64,000 nucleotides of DNA from Erysipelothrix sp. (GTDB lineage Bacteria; Bacillota_I; Bacilli_A; Erysipelotrichales; Erysipelotrichaceae). Of the stretch, positions 1 to 9,449 are shown piece after piece; within the stretch, counting starts at the first letter, position 1; the number at the start of each line of letters is the position of its first letter. Made by a program: the position numbers and the translations under genes. The notes below the pieces were generated by a model. It had not been told where the DNA came from and did no database searches. It saw only the letters and a program-made list of their open reading frames with translations. The stretch is from assembly GCA_012735275.1 (NCBI GenBank), contig JAAYHR010000026.1, positions 33,769 through 97,768 on the forward strand, in the 5' to 3' direction.

Positions 1-136
1 CATAAGAGTAAAATAATGCGACAGCGACTAAGATAAACCCTAGCCATAATAAATAACGTGATCTTCTACCTGCTTTTAAATGCGGTATTGATTCAACTTC
101 AAGTTCAAGTTGCTCATTTGGATATAATTGATACAT
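1..136 (-). CDS. hypothetical membrane protein, N-terminal fragment running off the window edge
   Basis: ATG at 134-136 with a GGGAGG SD (complement of 142-147) 5 nt upstream. Translation MYQLYPNEQLELEVESIPHLKAGRRSRYLLWLGFILVAVALFYSY ends in a hydrophobic helix. No family recognised. Confidence 0.35.
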   Translation of the reverse strand, partial: MYQLYPNEQLELEVESIPHLKAGRRSRYLLWLGFILVAVALFYSY

Positions 137-176
137 AAAAACCTCCCATTAATACAACTATTATAGCACTATTTTC

Positions 177-635
177 TTATTTGTGATAAGGTTCGTTGGC
201 CAATATTTTAAACGCTCGATATACTTGTTCAAGGACAATCATTCGTGCAAATTGATGGGTAAAGGTTAGACTAGATAGTTTCCATCGATAATTTGCTCGT
301 GCTTTAATGGTTGGACAAAGCCCCATCGAGCCACCAATAATAAAGCTAATGTTTGATCCATGATTTAAGAATGCATCATCAATCTTTTCGGCAAGTTGTG
401 GACTAGTAATATCCTTACCATCTAAATCTAAAACGATAACGAAGTCACGATCCTTAATTTGCTTCTTAATTAATTCAGCTTCTTTAGCAATCGCATCAAT
501 ACTTCCTGAGTTAGTGAAATCTTTTAACTCAGTTATTTTTAGCTTATGATATGGTTGAATACGCATTTCAAACTCATCACTAATTGCCTGCATTGCTTTT
601 TCTTTTAACTTACCAACAACAACTAAATTTATCAT
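177..635 (-). CDS. rlmH: 23S rRNA (pseudouridine1915-N3)-methyltransferase RlmH (SPOUT family)
   Basis: 152 aa. The N-terminus MINLVVVGKLKEK and the C-terminal GGSxG...THQFARMIxxEQxYRA are typical RlmH. ATGA overlap with the upstream protease gene. Bacillus-like yycJ-htrC-rlmH synteny. Confidence 0.9.
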   Translation of the reverse strand: MINLVVVGKLKEKAMQAISDEFEMRIQPYHKLKITELKDFTNSGSIDAIAKEAELIKKQIKDRDFVIVLDLDGKDITSPQLAEKIDDAFLNHGSNISFIIGGSMGLCPTIKARANYRWKLSSLTFTHQFARMIVLEQVYRAFKILANEPYHK

Positions 636-1720
636 TCCAGTGTTACATCAATTTCTAATGCTTCATTAGCTCTTTGAATTGTCAGTGATAAGACATCACC
701 TTTTTTATGTTTATATAAGTTAATTCTAAAGTCTTTAAATGATACTACTTCATCTTGATTGATTTTAATAATAATATCGCCAACTTCAATGCCAGCTTTT
801 TCTGCTGCACTACGATCAATAACATCGGTTACAACAATTCCATCTTCAACATCGAGCGGTAATCCGTAGTAAGATCGTTGTGCCATTGTAAAGTCACTTA
901 ATGAGCGTGCTGATAAACCGATTAATGGTCTAACAACTTCGCCTGTTTGGATTAATTGTTCAACAATTGGGATTGCCTCATTGATTGGGATTGAGAATGC
1001 CATCCCTTCAACACTTGATTGTGAGATTTTCATTGAGTTAATACCAATTAAATCTCCGTTTAAATTAATTAGCGGTCCACCTGAGTTACCTGGATTAATC
1101 GCTGCTGTAGTTTGAGCAACTAACATATCCCAGTCATCAACACCATCTTTGTTTAGATCAACACCAAGAATACGGTCAATACCTGAAATAATTCCTTCAC
1201 TGACTGAACCTGAGAATTCAAGTCCGAGTGGGCTTCCGATTGCTAAGACCCATTCGCCTAATTTAAGCGTTGATGAATCACCAATCGTAAAGGCTTCTAC
1301 TTTGAAGTTTGTTTCAACTTCAACGACTGCTAAATCGGTGAAGATATCGCCTCCGATAACTTTACCTACGATTGTTTGACCATTGGCAAAGAGGACATCA
1401 ACTTCTTTGTTAGTTGTGACAACGTGGTAGTTAGTAATAATTGTTACTTTGTATTTGTCGCCATCTGCTTTTGCTTGATAGATTGCGCCTGAACCTGAAC
1501 CACTACCAGTTGCAATCGCAACTGTTTTTAAATTACCTTTTTCCGCAGCTTTGGTTAAATCTGTCGTTGCATAAGTTGAATTTTGTACGACTGTATTGGA
1601 ATCATTTGGACCATCAACTAGTTCTGGTTTCTGATATAACTTAGTAGTTAAGAATAAGTTCCACATTAATAAACTTATTGCTACTAGCGAAAATATAATT
1701 GTCTTTTTATTATTTTTCAT
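632..1720 (-). CDS. htrA: HtrA/DegP-like trypsin-fold serine protease with C-terminal PDZ domain
   Basis: TNYHVV (His), DLAVV (Asp) and GNSGGPL (Ser) catalytic motifs, an N-terminal TM helix and a PDZ-like C-terminus. I chose the start at M17 (MKNNKK) because a GGAGG SD lies 8 nt upstream (complement of 1729-1733). Confidence 0.9.
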   Translation of the reverse strand: MKNNKKTIIFSLVAISLLMWNLFLTTKLYQKPELVDGPNDSNTVVQNSTYATTDLTKAAEKGNLKTVAIATGSGSGSGAIYQAKADGDKYKVTIITNYHVVTTNKEVDVLFANGQTIVGKVIGGDIFTDLAVVEVETNFKVEAFTIGDSSTLKLGEWVLAIGSPLGLEFSGSVSEGIISGIDRILGVDLNKDGVDDWDMLVAQTTAAINPGNSGGPLINLNGDLIGINSMKISQSSVEGMAFSIPINEAIPIVEQLIQTGEVVRPLIGLSARSLSDFTMAQRSYYGLPLDVEDGIVVTDVIDRSAAEKAGIEVGDIIIKINQDEVVSFKDFRINLYKHKKGDVLSLTIQRANEALEIDVTLE

Positions 1721-2450
1721 TGTTATTGCCTCCATATATAATTTCGAATTGCTTTGCTGCTCTGACATTTATTGCATCAAATGGCAGTGATTCGCGCATA
1801 CATTTAACTGCAAGTTTTGCATCATTAGCTTCCTCACTTAAGTGAGCTAAAACAACTTCTTTGGTTCTTGGGGTAACACTTTGTGATAATACTAGACTAG
1901 CATCATCATTACTCAAGTGACCATCCATTGCCATAATTCTTTGTTTTAGCATAAATGGTCGATTTGTTTCCATTAACATGATTGGATCATGATTTGATTC
2001 AAAGATATAGTAATCAGCATCAAAGATTTCTTCTAAGTGTTTATCCTTAAAGTAGCCTGTATCTGTTACATATACTAATTTTTTATCATTACTTTCAATA
2101 ATATAGCCTAGCGTTAAAGCACGGTCATGTGAAAGTGTGATTGATTTAATCTTAAAGTTTCCAATGGAAAATTCTTCTTCGCCGTAAAGTTTCTTTTGCT
2201 TGTATTTATCGCCAAGAAACTCTGGTGTATACATTGTACTATCTTTAAAGAGATTGATTCGATTGATATGATCACCATGTGTATGAGTAATTAGTAGTGC
2301 ATCGATATCTTTATAGTCAACTTCAATTTCTTTAAAGCATGCTTTTAAGTGACGATCTGTCGTTCCAGCATCGATAACGATGGTGGAGTCTAAGCTTTGA
2401 ATAACTGTACAGTTACCTTTGGAGCCACTTGCTAATATATAGTATTTCAT
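1710..2450 (-). CDS. yycJ: MBL-fold metallo-hydrolase, YycJ/WalJ-like
   Basis: HTHGDH metallo-beta-lactamase motif, 246 aa, located directly upstream of htrA-rlmH as in Bacillus. Confidence 0.85.
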   Translation of the reverse strand: MKYYILASGSKGNCTVIQSLDSTIVIDAGTTDRHLKACFKEIEVDYKDIDALLITHTHGDHINRINLFKDSTMYTPEFLGDKYKQKKLYGEEEFSIGNFKIKSITLSHDRALTLGYIIESNDKKLVYVTDTGYFKDKHLEEIFDADYYIFESNHDPIMLMETNRPFMLKQRIMAMDGHLSNDDASLVLSQSVTPRTKEVVLAHLSEEANDAKLAVKCMRESLPFDAINVRAAKQFEIIYGGNNNEK

Positions 2451-3961
2451 TAGTAGCCCACAACCGTACTTGGATTTATTAGTGCACCATTTCTTGTAAC
2501 CATAAAGTGAACATGGGGCCCGGTCGCTAGACCTGACATACCAATCTGTCCGATGACTTCTCCACGATCAACAACTTGTCCTGGGCGAACATAAGGTCTT
2601 GTATTCATATGACCGTAGTATGTACGGTAACCATTGTTATGGTTAATCCAAACATAGTAACCATTAATTCCATGGTAAGATGCTGTTTCAACAACACCTC
2701 TATCGGCAGCTCTAATTGAACCATAGCGGTTAACAGCATTTTGAAGATCGATCGCAGTATGTCCTCTATAGCAGTACCAACCACATGTTAGTATTGCATT
2801 ATCAACTGGTAATCTAAAGCGGCCTGAACCAACTTTTGGCATTACCATTGTTCCACGTTTAATAACTTCACGAACTGGCTCTTTTAAAACCGTTGTTTCA
2901 ATTGGGAACGATCCATCTTTTAGTTGACCATTTACATAAGTTTCTTCATAAGCAACTCGGTTTGATCCTGTTTCTTCATTAACAATTGTTACTGTTTTAC
3001 CTTCTTCTAGAGTTGGATCTTCAACAAACTGTGCTGATGCAGCATAAACAACTTCTTTTTTAACATTACGTCTTTTAACGATAACGTTAATTGGTGAATC
3101 AAAGAATGTAACATTTAATTGGTCACCTTCTTTAATTAATTGCTCACGCGATTTAATATGCGGGTTAATTGTTAATAGCTGTTGCGGAGAAATACCTGCT
3201 TTAGAAGCAACCCCATCTACAGTATCAAAGGCTTCGACAGTATAGTATTCTTTTTCAGTTCCATATCCATATGATAGAAACTCAGTAATTTCTCTTTGAT
3301 CTTTATAAATATTTTCTTTTGAAGCATAGCCTTTTGTAATCGTTGATTTCTCAACAATTTCTAAACTTAAAGCTGTAGTAGAATATTCCTCTGGATCATA
3401 CGGTACTGCTTCACCGACTTTAATAAATTCCATTTCTTCTTCTGATATGAAGTTTAATAGATATTCTTCTTTAGCTTTTTCAAAGTCAGCTGGGTCTTTT
3501 ACATAAATAACCGCTCCATTTGAAAATGTGACCTTATTTGATTCAATTGCTAAAAGGTCATTGTCGACGATATAATCAATTATTTCTTGATCAATATTTT
3601 CATATTGAAAGTTCAACATTTCTTCGGAAATAAAAACATCTTCTCCTAGTACTAAGTTTGCATCAGGGAAATCATCCTCATACTCTTCTTTACTAACGGA
3701 AGCAATCATATCTTCGATTAATGTTAAATCTGTTACTACACCCACAATCTCGTTTTCAGCATAAAGTACTTGTTGCGAAATAGGGCTTTCTGTTTCCGAA
3801 ACAATTTCTTGCTCTAAGATTGATTGGTTGGTAACTTGTAATATTCTACTTTTGTTTAAGCTTGGATTATCGTTCGCTTTAAGGGTCTGTGGTAAAACTA
3901 CGATTAATAGACTAATAAAAGCGATAGCTGCTAAAGTAGATATTAGTTTTTTTTCATTCAT
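2450..3961 (-). CDS. membrane-anchored M23 family metallopeptidase with LysM and G5-like domains
   Basis: N-terminal TM helix. LysM-like GISPQQLLTINPHIKSREQLIKEGDQLNV. G5-like segment EDPTLEEGKTVTIVNEETGSNRVAYEETYVNGQ. C-terminal M23 motifs HTAIDL ... GHMN ... GPHVHF. Confidence 0.8.
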   Translation of the reverse strand: MNEKKLISTLAAIAFISLLIVVLPQTLKANDNPSLNKSRILQVTNQSILEQEIVSETESPISQQVLYAENEIVGVVTDLTLIEDMIASVSKEEYEDDFPDANLVLGEDVFISEEMLNFQYENIDQEIIDYIVDNDLLAIESNKVTFSNGAVIYVKDPADFEKAKEEYLLNFISEEEMEFIKVGEAVPYDPEEYSTTALSLEIVEKSTITKGYASKENIYKDQREITEFLSYGYGTEKEYYTVEAFDTVDGVASKAGISPQQLLTINPHIKSREQLIKEGDQLNVTFFDSPINVIVKRRNVKKEVVYAASAQFVEDPTLEEGKTVTIVNEETGSNRVAYEETYVNGQLKDGSFPIETTVLKEPVREVIKRGTMVMPKVGSGRFRLPVDNAILTCGWYCYRGHTAIDLQNAVNRYGSIRAADRGVVETASYHGINGYYVWINHNNGYRTYYGHMNTRPYVRPGQVVDRGEVIGQIGMSGLATGPHVHFMVTRNGALINPSTVVGY

Positions 3962-5301
3962 TAAAAATTCACTCCTGGTTGATTTACTCTTGAGAAGAAT
4001 TTATTGATTGTCTTATCAAATACTAGAGTAACGTTTGCTAAGGAGCCATTACGGTGTTTAGCAATAATTACGTCAGTATCTTGTTTATCTGATTCTTCTT
4101 CCATATTGTGATAATCTTCGCGGTATAAGAACATAACAATATCAGCATCCTGCTCAATTGCTCCTGACTCACGTAAGTCAGATAGCATTGGACGTTTATC
4201 TTGACGCGTTTCAACACCACGAGATAGCTGTGAAAGTGCTAGTACAGGAACATCTAGTTCACGTGCTAACCCTTTAAATGCTCTTGATATTTCTGATACT
4301 GCCTGTTGTCTGTTTTCAGCATGTTTACCTGAATCCATTAACTGTAAGTAGTCAATAATAATAACACCAAGATTGTGTTCCGCTTTTAGTTTTCGACACT
4401 TAGAAAATATTTCTGAAATTCTTAGTGAGGGACTATCGTCAATATATATTTTTGCCTCTTTTACTCTACTTGCTGCTTCATAAAGGGCATTCCAGTCTTT
4501 ATCTGTTTTAAGCGTTCCATCACGTAACTTAGTTCCCGCAACTTCACTCTCAAAAGTTAAGATTCTCGACATTAATTGCTCAGCTGGCATCTCTAGTGAG
4601 AAAATCGCTGATGGTAGGTTATTGTACATTGCCATATTAGTTGCTAAGTTTAGGGCAAATGCCGTCTTACCAACTGATGGTCTAGCTGCCAAAATGATTA
4701 AATCCCCACGTTGGAAACCACTTGTAATCCGATCAAGATCTTTATAACCAGTTTTCATACCAGTAATACCTGTTCCTGATTCACTCTTAACCTTAATTCC
4801 TTCTAATACTGTTTCAACAACTTCACGTGCTTCTCTAAAGTCAGAACTACGACGTGATCTTGTAACGTCAAGAATTAACTTTTCAGCCTTATCCATAACA
4901 TCATCAACTTCACCTTGATTATTGAAAGCATCACTAGTTAAGTCTGTCATAATTTCAATTAATTGACGTAACTTAAACTTATCAATAATAATTTCAACAT
5001 AGTGTTTTAAGGTTGAAATAGTTGTTGCGGTATCCGTTAATTGAATAATGTAGTCAATCCCACCAATAGAATTTAAAAGGTTTGAATCTTTTAACTTATC
5101 AATTAAGATTGTTCCATCAATAGTAATACCTCTTAATGCTAGATCATTCATCGTTTGATAGATATCTTGGTGAGCAGGTAAGAAAAAGTGCTCAGCTAAA
5201 AGACCATATTCAAGGGCAGTATTAATTGCTCCTGGATATAGTATTAGCGCACCTAAAATTGCATGCTCAGCATCAATACTTGATGGTAGACTTTTAAACA
5301 T
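3961..5301 (-). CDS. dnaB: replicative DNA helicase DnaB (DnaC in Bacillus nomenclature)
   Basis: 446 aa. N-terminal PSSIDAEHAILGALI, Walker A ARPSVGKT, Walker B IIIDYLQL and the SQLSR motif. Confidence 0.95.
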   Translation of the reverse strand: MFKSLPSSIDAEHAILGALILYPGAINTALEYGLLAEHFFLPAHQDIYQTMNDLALRGITIDGTILIDKLKDSNLLNSIGGIDYIIQLTDTATTISTLKHYVEIIIDKFKLRQLIEIMTDLTSDAFNNQGEVDDVMDKAEKLILDVTRSRRSSDFREAREVVETVLEGIKVKSESGTGITGMKTGYKDLDRITSGFQRGDLIILAARPSVGKTAFALNLATNMAMYNNLPSAIFSLEMPAEQLMSRILTFESEVAGTKLRDGTLKTDKDWNALYEAASRVKEAKIYIDDSPSLRISEIFSKCRKLKAEHNLGVIIIDYLQLMDSGKHAENRQQAVSEISRAFKGLARELDVPVLALSQLSRGVETRQDKRPMLSDLRESGAIEQDADIVMFLYREDYHNMEEESDKQDTDVIIAKHRNGSLANVTLVFDKTINKFFSRVNQPGVNF

Positions 5302-5751
5302 TTATTTCTTTTCCTTAATATTTACATTGATTGTAGCAATTACACCTTTGTATAATTCAACTCCAACTTTATTTACACCTAAATGACTATATGGTCCATT
5401 GTCTAAAAACTTACGACGATCAACCTTGATTTTAAAGCGTTTATTTAATTCGCTTGCTACTTGTTTTGAAGAAACTGAACCAAATAACTTACCTTCTTTA
5501 CCTACGTTTAAGTAGAAGTCTAAAGATAATTTTTCAATTTTTTCTTTATCAATTAATGCTTGTGCTTTTTTGTCATCTTCTTTAGCTTGGTGTTCTGCTT
5601 TTTGCTCATTTAGTACGTCCATGCTTCCTTCTGATGCAAGAACTGCTAATTTATTTCTTAATAGGAAGTTTCTTCCATATCCAGGTGCGACTTTTACAAC
5701 CTCACCTTTTTTACCTACATTTTTAACATCATCTAACAATATCACTTTCAT
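5302..5751 (-). CDS. rplI: 50S ribosomal protein L9
   Basis: MKVILLDDVKNVGKKGEVVKVAPGYGRNFL is the canonical L9 N-terminus. 149 aa. Confidence 0.95.
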   Translation of the reverse strand: MKVILLDDVKNVGKKGEVVKVAPGYGRNFLLRNKLAVLASEGSMDVLNEQKAEHQAKEDDKKAQALIDKEKIEKLSLDFYLNVGKEGKLFGSVSSKQVASELNKRFKIKVDRRKFLDNGPYSHLGVNKVGVELYKGVIATINVNIKEKK

Positions 5752-7717
5752 CGTTATATACCTCCTCTAAATACGCTTCGATTACTTCATTTAAATTCTC
5801 AATTACTTCTTCAAAGTTTAATTCTTTAATTTGGACTGCAGCAGCATTGAAGTGTCCGCCACCGCCCATTTTTTCCATTATTTTCTGAACATTGAAATCT
5901 CCGCGTGATCTTGCTGAAATTCCAATTGTATCGCTTGCGATTGATGAAATTACAAAGACTGCTTTAGTCCCTTGAATAGCTAGTAATTCATCGGCTGCAT
6001 TCGATATTAATTCTCGTGGAATTATTGTGCCATCATAAACGGGCGCTAAGATAATTCCATCATCATTTCTTCTAATTATATTCGCAATAATTTGATTCTT
6101 AAGTTGAACATCTTCATAAGTATCATCTAACATTTCATTGGCATAGCGAGCATCAGCTCCATAGCCTTGTAGTACTGATGCTGATTCAAAGGTTCTCGAA
6201 CCAACACGATTGATAAATCCATTCGTATCTACCACAATTCCAGTATAGACTAGCGTTGCTTCCAGTGGCGTTAAAACGATTCGACGCTCTTGATAAGCTA
6301 ATAACTCAGTAACTATTTCTCCGGTTGAACTTGCTGCCGATTCAATATAGGCAAGCAGTGGTTGGAAGTTATAGTCTGCTCGACGACGATGGTGGTCGAT
6401 AATCCCAATGCGATTTGCTTGTGCAATTAATCTTGGGCTATTTGATACCGTATCGTTGTGGTGATCTAATAATAGTACTAATGATTCATAGGTTAGTAAA
6501 TCAAGGGCTTGATCTTCATCAATGAAATTATGATTTCTACTTAATACCTTGGCATGTTTTTCTAGTGATGTTTTAAGTTTCGATTCTATTCCACCAGAGC
6601 CAGTTACAATATAAGCATCGCGTCCTTGCGCTTGGATGATCTTACTCATTACAAGTGCTGATCCGACACAATCAAAGTCTGCGTTTTTATGTAAGACAAT
6701 TATTACCCGGTCACTATCATTAAAGAGATCTCTAAATGTTTGTGAGATAACCCGGACACGAGCTTTGGAACGACGCTCACGTGATTGGCTATTTCCACCA
6801 TAGTATTTAATGTCTTCTCCAACATTTCTGACTGCGACTTGATCACCACCACGACTCTGAGCTAACTCTAATAAATCATTTGATATTTCTTCTAGTTCTA
6901 AGTAATTAGATGATCCAAGGGCAAACCCCATGGATAAGGATAATACTAGGTCATTATTTTGAGCTTCTTTTCTAATTGTATTCATTATTGAGAAGTTCGA
7001 ATTTCTAATTGATTCAAATGTCTTATAGTTAATCATTAATAGGTAGCGGTCATTTCTTAATCTTCGAATAAAGATTCCAAGGTCACTAGCCCAATTTAAG
7101 AGGTTCTGTTTTACGATTGAATCAATATAGTAAACACGTGATTCCTCTTCATACTGTGTATATTCTTGATAGTTATCTAAATGAATTAGTCCCATTACTG
7201 GTGCCTCTGCATCATACTTCTCAGTAATATTATATTCTGATGTAATATCTCTGAAGTATAAGAGTCTTGATTCACTATTTCTAACAATATTAAATACGTA
7301 ATTATCATACTTGGCATTAATCACATCAACGTTACCATTGAATAGTTCAACCGTTGATGGTATCCAAGATGTTACTTTTTGATCTTTATAAGCAATGCCA
7401 TTTAATTGGAAATAGTCACTCATCCAAATGATTTTATATTCTTCATCGTAGATTACTAGTCCAAGTTTACCAATTAAGAAGGCAGCGTATGTTTCTGCTT
7501 CAACAATATCTTTAATATTGACTATTTGTTTTTTTAATTCTTTCTCATAGACGGATAGAATATAAAAGATAATGGCACTTTCAAATACTAAGAGCCCCAT
7601 AATTATAAATGTATGCTCGCCAACTCCAAAGAAGAAAATATATACTGTGAATAAGGCAATTTGAATTAATATACCAACTATTGCAGTGAATTTTAACTGC
7701 TCTAATTTATCTTTCAT
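5729..7717 (-). CDS. gdpP: GdpP/YybT-like cyclic-di-AMP phosphodiesterase (2 TM, PAS-like, degenerate GGDEF, DHH/DHHA1)
   Basis: 662 aa with two N-terminal TM helices. DHH motif LLLDHHN and DHHA1 GGGGH near the C-terminus. yybS-gdpP-rplI-dnaB synteny. Confidence 0.85.
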   Translation of the reverse strand: MKDKLEQLKFTAIVGILIQIALFTVYIFFFGVGEHTFIIMGLLVFESAIIFYILSVYEKELKKQIVNIKDIVEAETYAAFLIGKLGLVIYDEEYKIIWMSDYFQLNGIAYKDQKVTSWIPSTVELFNGNVDVINAKYDNYVFNIVRNSESRLLYFRDITSEYNITEKYDAEAPVMGLIHLDNYQEYTQYEEESRVYYIDSIVKQNLLNWASDLGIFIRRLRNDRYLLMINYKTFESIRNSNFSIMNTIRKEAQNNDLVLSLSMGFALGSSNYLELEEISNDLLELAQSRGGDQVAVRNVGEDIKYYGGNSQSRERRSKARVRVISQTFRDLFNDSDRVIIVLHKNADFDCVGSALVMSKIIQAQGRDAYIVTGSGGIESKLKTSLEKHAKVLSRNHNFIDEDQALDLLTYESLVLLLDHHNDTVSNSPRLIAQANRIGIIDHHRRRADYNFQPLLAYIESAASSTGEIVTELLAYQERRIVLTPLEATLVYTGIVVDTNGFINRVGSRTFESASVLQGYGADARYANEMLDDTYEDVQLKNQIIANIIRRNDDGIILAPVYDGTIIPRELISNAADELLAIQGTKAVFVISSIASDTIGISARSRGDFNVQKIMEKMGGGGHFNAAAVQIKELNFEEVIENLNEVIEAYLEEVYNDESDIVR

Positions 7718-7961
7718 TTATCATTCTCCTTACTATCATATTTCGAACCTCAGTAAATACATTGACAATACCGAGTCCAAACATTAAATATGGCATTCCA
7801 ATCATTAGTATGGCAACTAATATTGATAATAGTGGAACTTTCACATAAATAGTGAAAGTCAGCGCAAGAATTAAACCCATAATTATAAAGACTAGTTGAA
7901 TACTAAATTGTACTATTATTATAACATTTTCGTATGCAGTAATATTTGAAAAATTAAACAC
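7707..7961 (-). CDS. small membrane ORF, probably the C-terminal part of an interrupted YybS-like (DUF2232) protein
   Basis: Hydrophobic 84-aa ORF with a GTG start and no SD seen. Same reading frame as ORF 8052-8648. The stop overlaps the gdpP start (ATGATAAATGAAAGATAA). Confidence 0.45.
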   Translation of the reverse strand: MFNFSNITAYENVIIIVQFSIQLVFIIMGLILALTFTIYVKVPLLSILVAILMIGMPYLMFGLGIVNVFTEVRNMIVRRMINER

Positions 7962-8051
7962 ATAAGTGATTAATAATATAGCAATTAGAATTAAGCCTGT
8001 TTTCTTTGGTAATTTGAAGTTTAAGATTGATTTTATTTCAAAACTCGCAAG

Positions 8052-8648
8052 TTATAATCTTTGTAAAATCACTTTCGCGACCATATTAGTAATTATTGTC
8101 TGCATTAAGGCAATAATTGATGGGATAAACATTGGAAAGGTCATCATCATTTTGAAAAATGGATTGGCCTGCATTAATCTTGAAATTATTGTGGTTGGAT
8201 CTTGGCCAAGTTTGCCTGCAAATTCACTCAAGAATTCAGTCATAGCTTTTAGTTCAGCCACGGCATCATAGCCAAAGAAGCCGGCAAAGACGATCATCGA
8301 TAAGACATAGTAAACAAATGTCGCTAGAAAGGTTATTAATAATCTTTGATTATCAGAAAATTTCCGGTTGATCGCAAATGCATAAGCTAGTCCAATAATA
8401 TTGGAAAAGGTTATTAAGAGTGCGATATTTACGATTGTTAACATAAATGCCATTATTGAGATTGATACTGCCACCATCAGTCCTGATTTAGTATCATATT
8501 TTACTGAGTAAACTATGATTGGTATTGGAATTAGCCAAAATAGCAATCCATCTAACAAAATACCACTTTGTCCATCTAAAACGATGAGTAATCCTATGAT
8601 TGCGGTCATAAATGCCCCATCGGTTATTCTTCTAACACTTGAATTCAT
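8052..8648 (-). CDS. YybS-like (DUF2232) polytopic membrane protein, N-terminal ~198 aa ending at TAA 8052-8054
   Basis: Multi-TM protein at the yybS position upstream of gdpP. I chose the start at M16 (MNSSVRR) because a GGAGG SD lies 5 nt upstream (complement of 8654-8658); the longer ORF would run into the rpsR terminator. Confidence 0.6.
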   Translation of the reverse strand: MNSSVRRITDGAFMTAIIGLLIVLDGQSGILLDGLLFWLIPIPIIVYSVKYDTKSGLMVAVSISIMAFMLTIVNIALLITFSNIIGLAYAFAINRKFSDNQRLLITFLATFVYYVLSMIVFAGFFGYDAVAELKAMTEFLSEFAGKLGQDPTTIISRLMQANPFFKMMMTFPMFIPSIIALMQTIITNMVAKVILQRL

Positions 8649-8667
8649 AATTACCTCCAATAATATT

Positions 8668-8705
8668 AAAGCCTTCGCATATATATTATACACGAAGGCC
8701 CTTTT
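8668..8705 (-). terminator. intrinsic terminator after rpsR
   Basis: Minus-strand hairpin GGCCTTCG ... CGAAGGC followed by T-rich sequence, between the rpsR stop and the yybS-like SD. Confidence 0.6.
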
Positions 8706-8714
8706 TATTTACGA

Positions 8715-8942
8715 TTACTCCGCTACGTATGGAATTAAAGCCATTTCGCGTGATTGTTTGATTGCTGTTGCTAAAACTCTTTGGTGTTTAGCACATGTTC
8801 CTGTAACTCTTCTTGGAATTATTTTACCATTAGCTGATACATATTTTCTTAAAAGATCGATGTCTTTATAGTCTACATGGTCAACTTTGTTTTTACAGAA
8901 ATGACAAACTTTTTTTCTTGGTCTGAATTTTCTAAAGCCCAT
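8715..8942 (-). CDS. rpsR: 30S ribosomal protein S18
   Basis: 75 aa. CHFC...DYKD..LLRKY...GKI.PRR.TG.CAKHQR is the canonical S18 signature. Confidence 0.95.
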   Translation of the reverse strand: MGFRKFRPRKKVCHFCKNKVDHVDYKDIDLLRKYVSANGKIIPRRVTGTCAKHQRVLATAIKQSREMALIPYVAE

Positions 8943-8961
8943 ATTGATTGCTCCTATCTAT

Positions 8962-9429
8962 TTAAAATGGCAGATCATCACTAGAAATATCTAGTGTTGG
9001 TCCTCCAAACTCTTCTTCGACGTTAACTGAATCATTGCTTTCGTAGAAACTTGGTTGATTATCATATTGATTCATACCTTGTCCTCCACCAGTAGACTGA
9101 CGTCTTTCAGCTTCTGCACGACTTTCTAAAAGTTGTACTTGTTCTGCGACTACTTCAGTTACATAAACTCTGCTTCCTGTTTTATCTTCATAGTTTCTAG
9201 TTTGGATTCTTCCTTCTACACTCACTAACGCCCCTTTTGTTGCATAGCGTGATAAGAAGTCTGCAGTTTGATTCCAGGCAACACAGTTGATGAAATCAGC
9301 TGTTTGTTCTTGCGATTGGAACCTTCTATTAACTGCACAAGTAAAAGATAATACTGACGTTCCTGACTGAGTTTTTCTAAGTTCAGGATCACGAGTTAGC
9401 CTGCCAACTAATACTACATTATTAATCAT
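8962..9429 (-). CDS. ssb: single-stranded DNA-binding protein
   Basis: MINNVVLVGRLTRDPELR OB-fold N-terminus and an acidic C-terminal tip DDLPF. rpsF-ssb-rpsR operon. Confidence 0.95.
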   Translation of the reverse strand: MINNVVLVGRLTRDPELRKTQSGTSVLSFTCAVNRRFQSQEQTADFINCVAWNQTADFLSRYATKGALVSVEGRIQTRNYEDKTGSRVYVTEVVAEQVQLLESRAEAERRQSTGGGQGMNQYDNQPSFYESNDSVNVEEEFGGPTLDISSDDLPF

Positions 9430-9449
9430 ATATCTTTTCTCCTATTCTT

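Noticed and set aside
1149-1644. Plus-strand ORFs 1149-1379 and 1441-1644 inside htrA. Others of the same kind occur at 5570-5770, 9843-10031, 10908-11105, 13551-13786, 14539-14745, 16062-16292, 20233-20505, 25785-25994, 45925-46107, 47583-47774, 48239-48436, 50688-50894, 53094-53414, 53911-54120, 57243-57431 and 63315-63527.
   Set aside because: Each is nested in, or antisense to, a confidently identified gene. Each is 60-110 aa long and compositionally biased, and none has translation signals that I could see.
7966-8871. Plus-strand ORFs 7966-8271 and 8515-8871, antisense to the yybS-like gene and rpsR.
   Set aside because: These are shadow ORFs opposite membrane-protein and ribosomal-protein genes. 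The second one would run through the rpsR terminator and the rpsR coding sequence.
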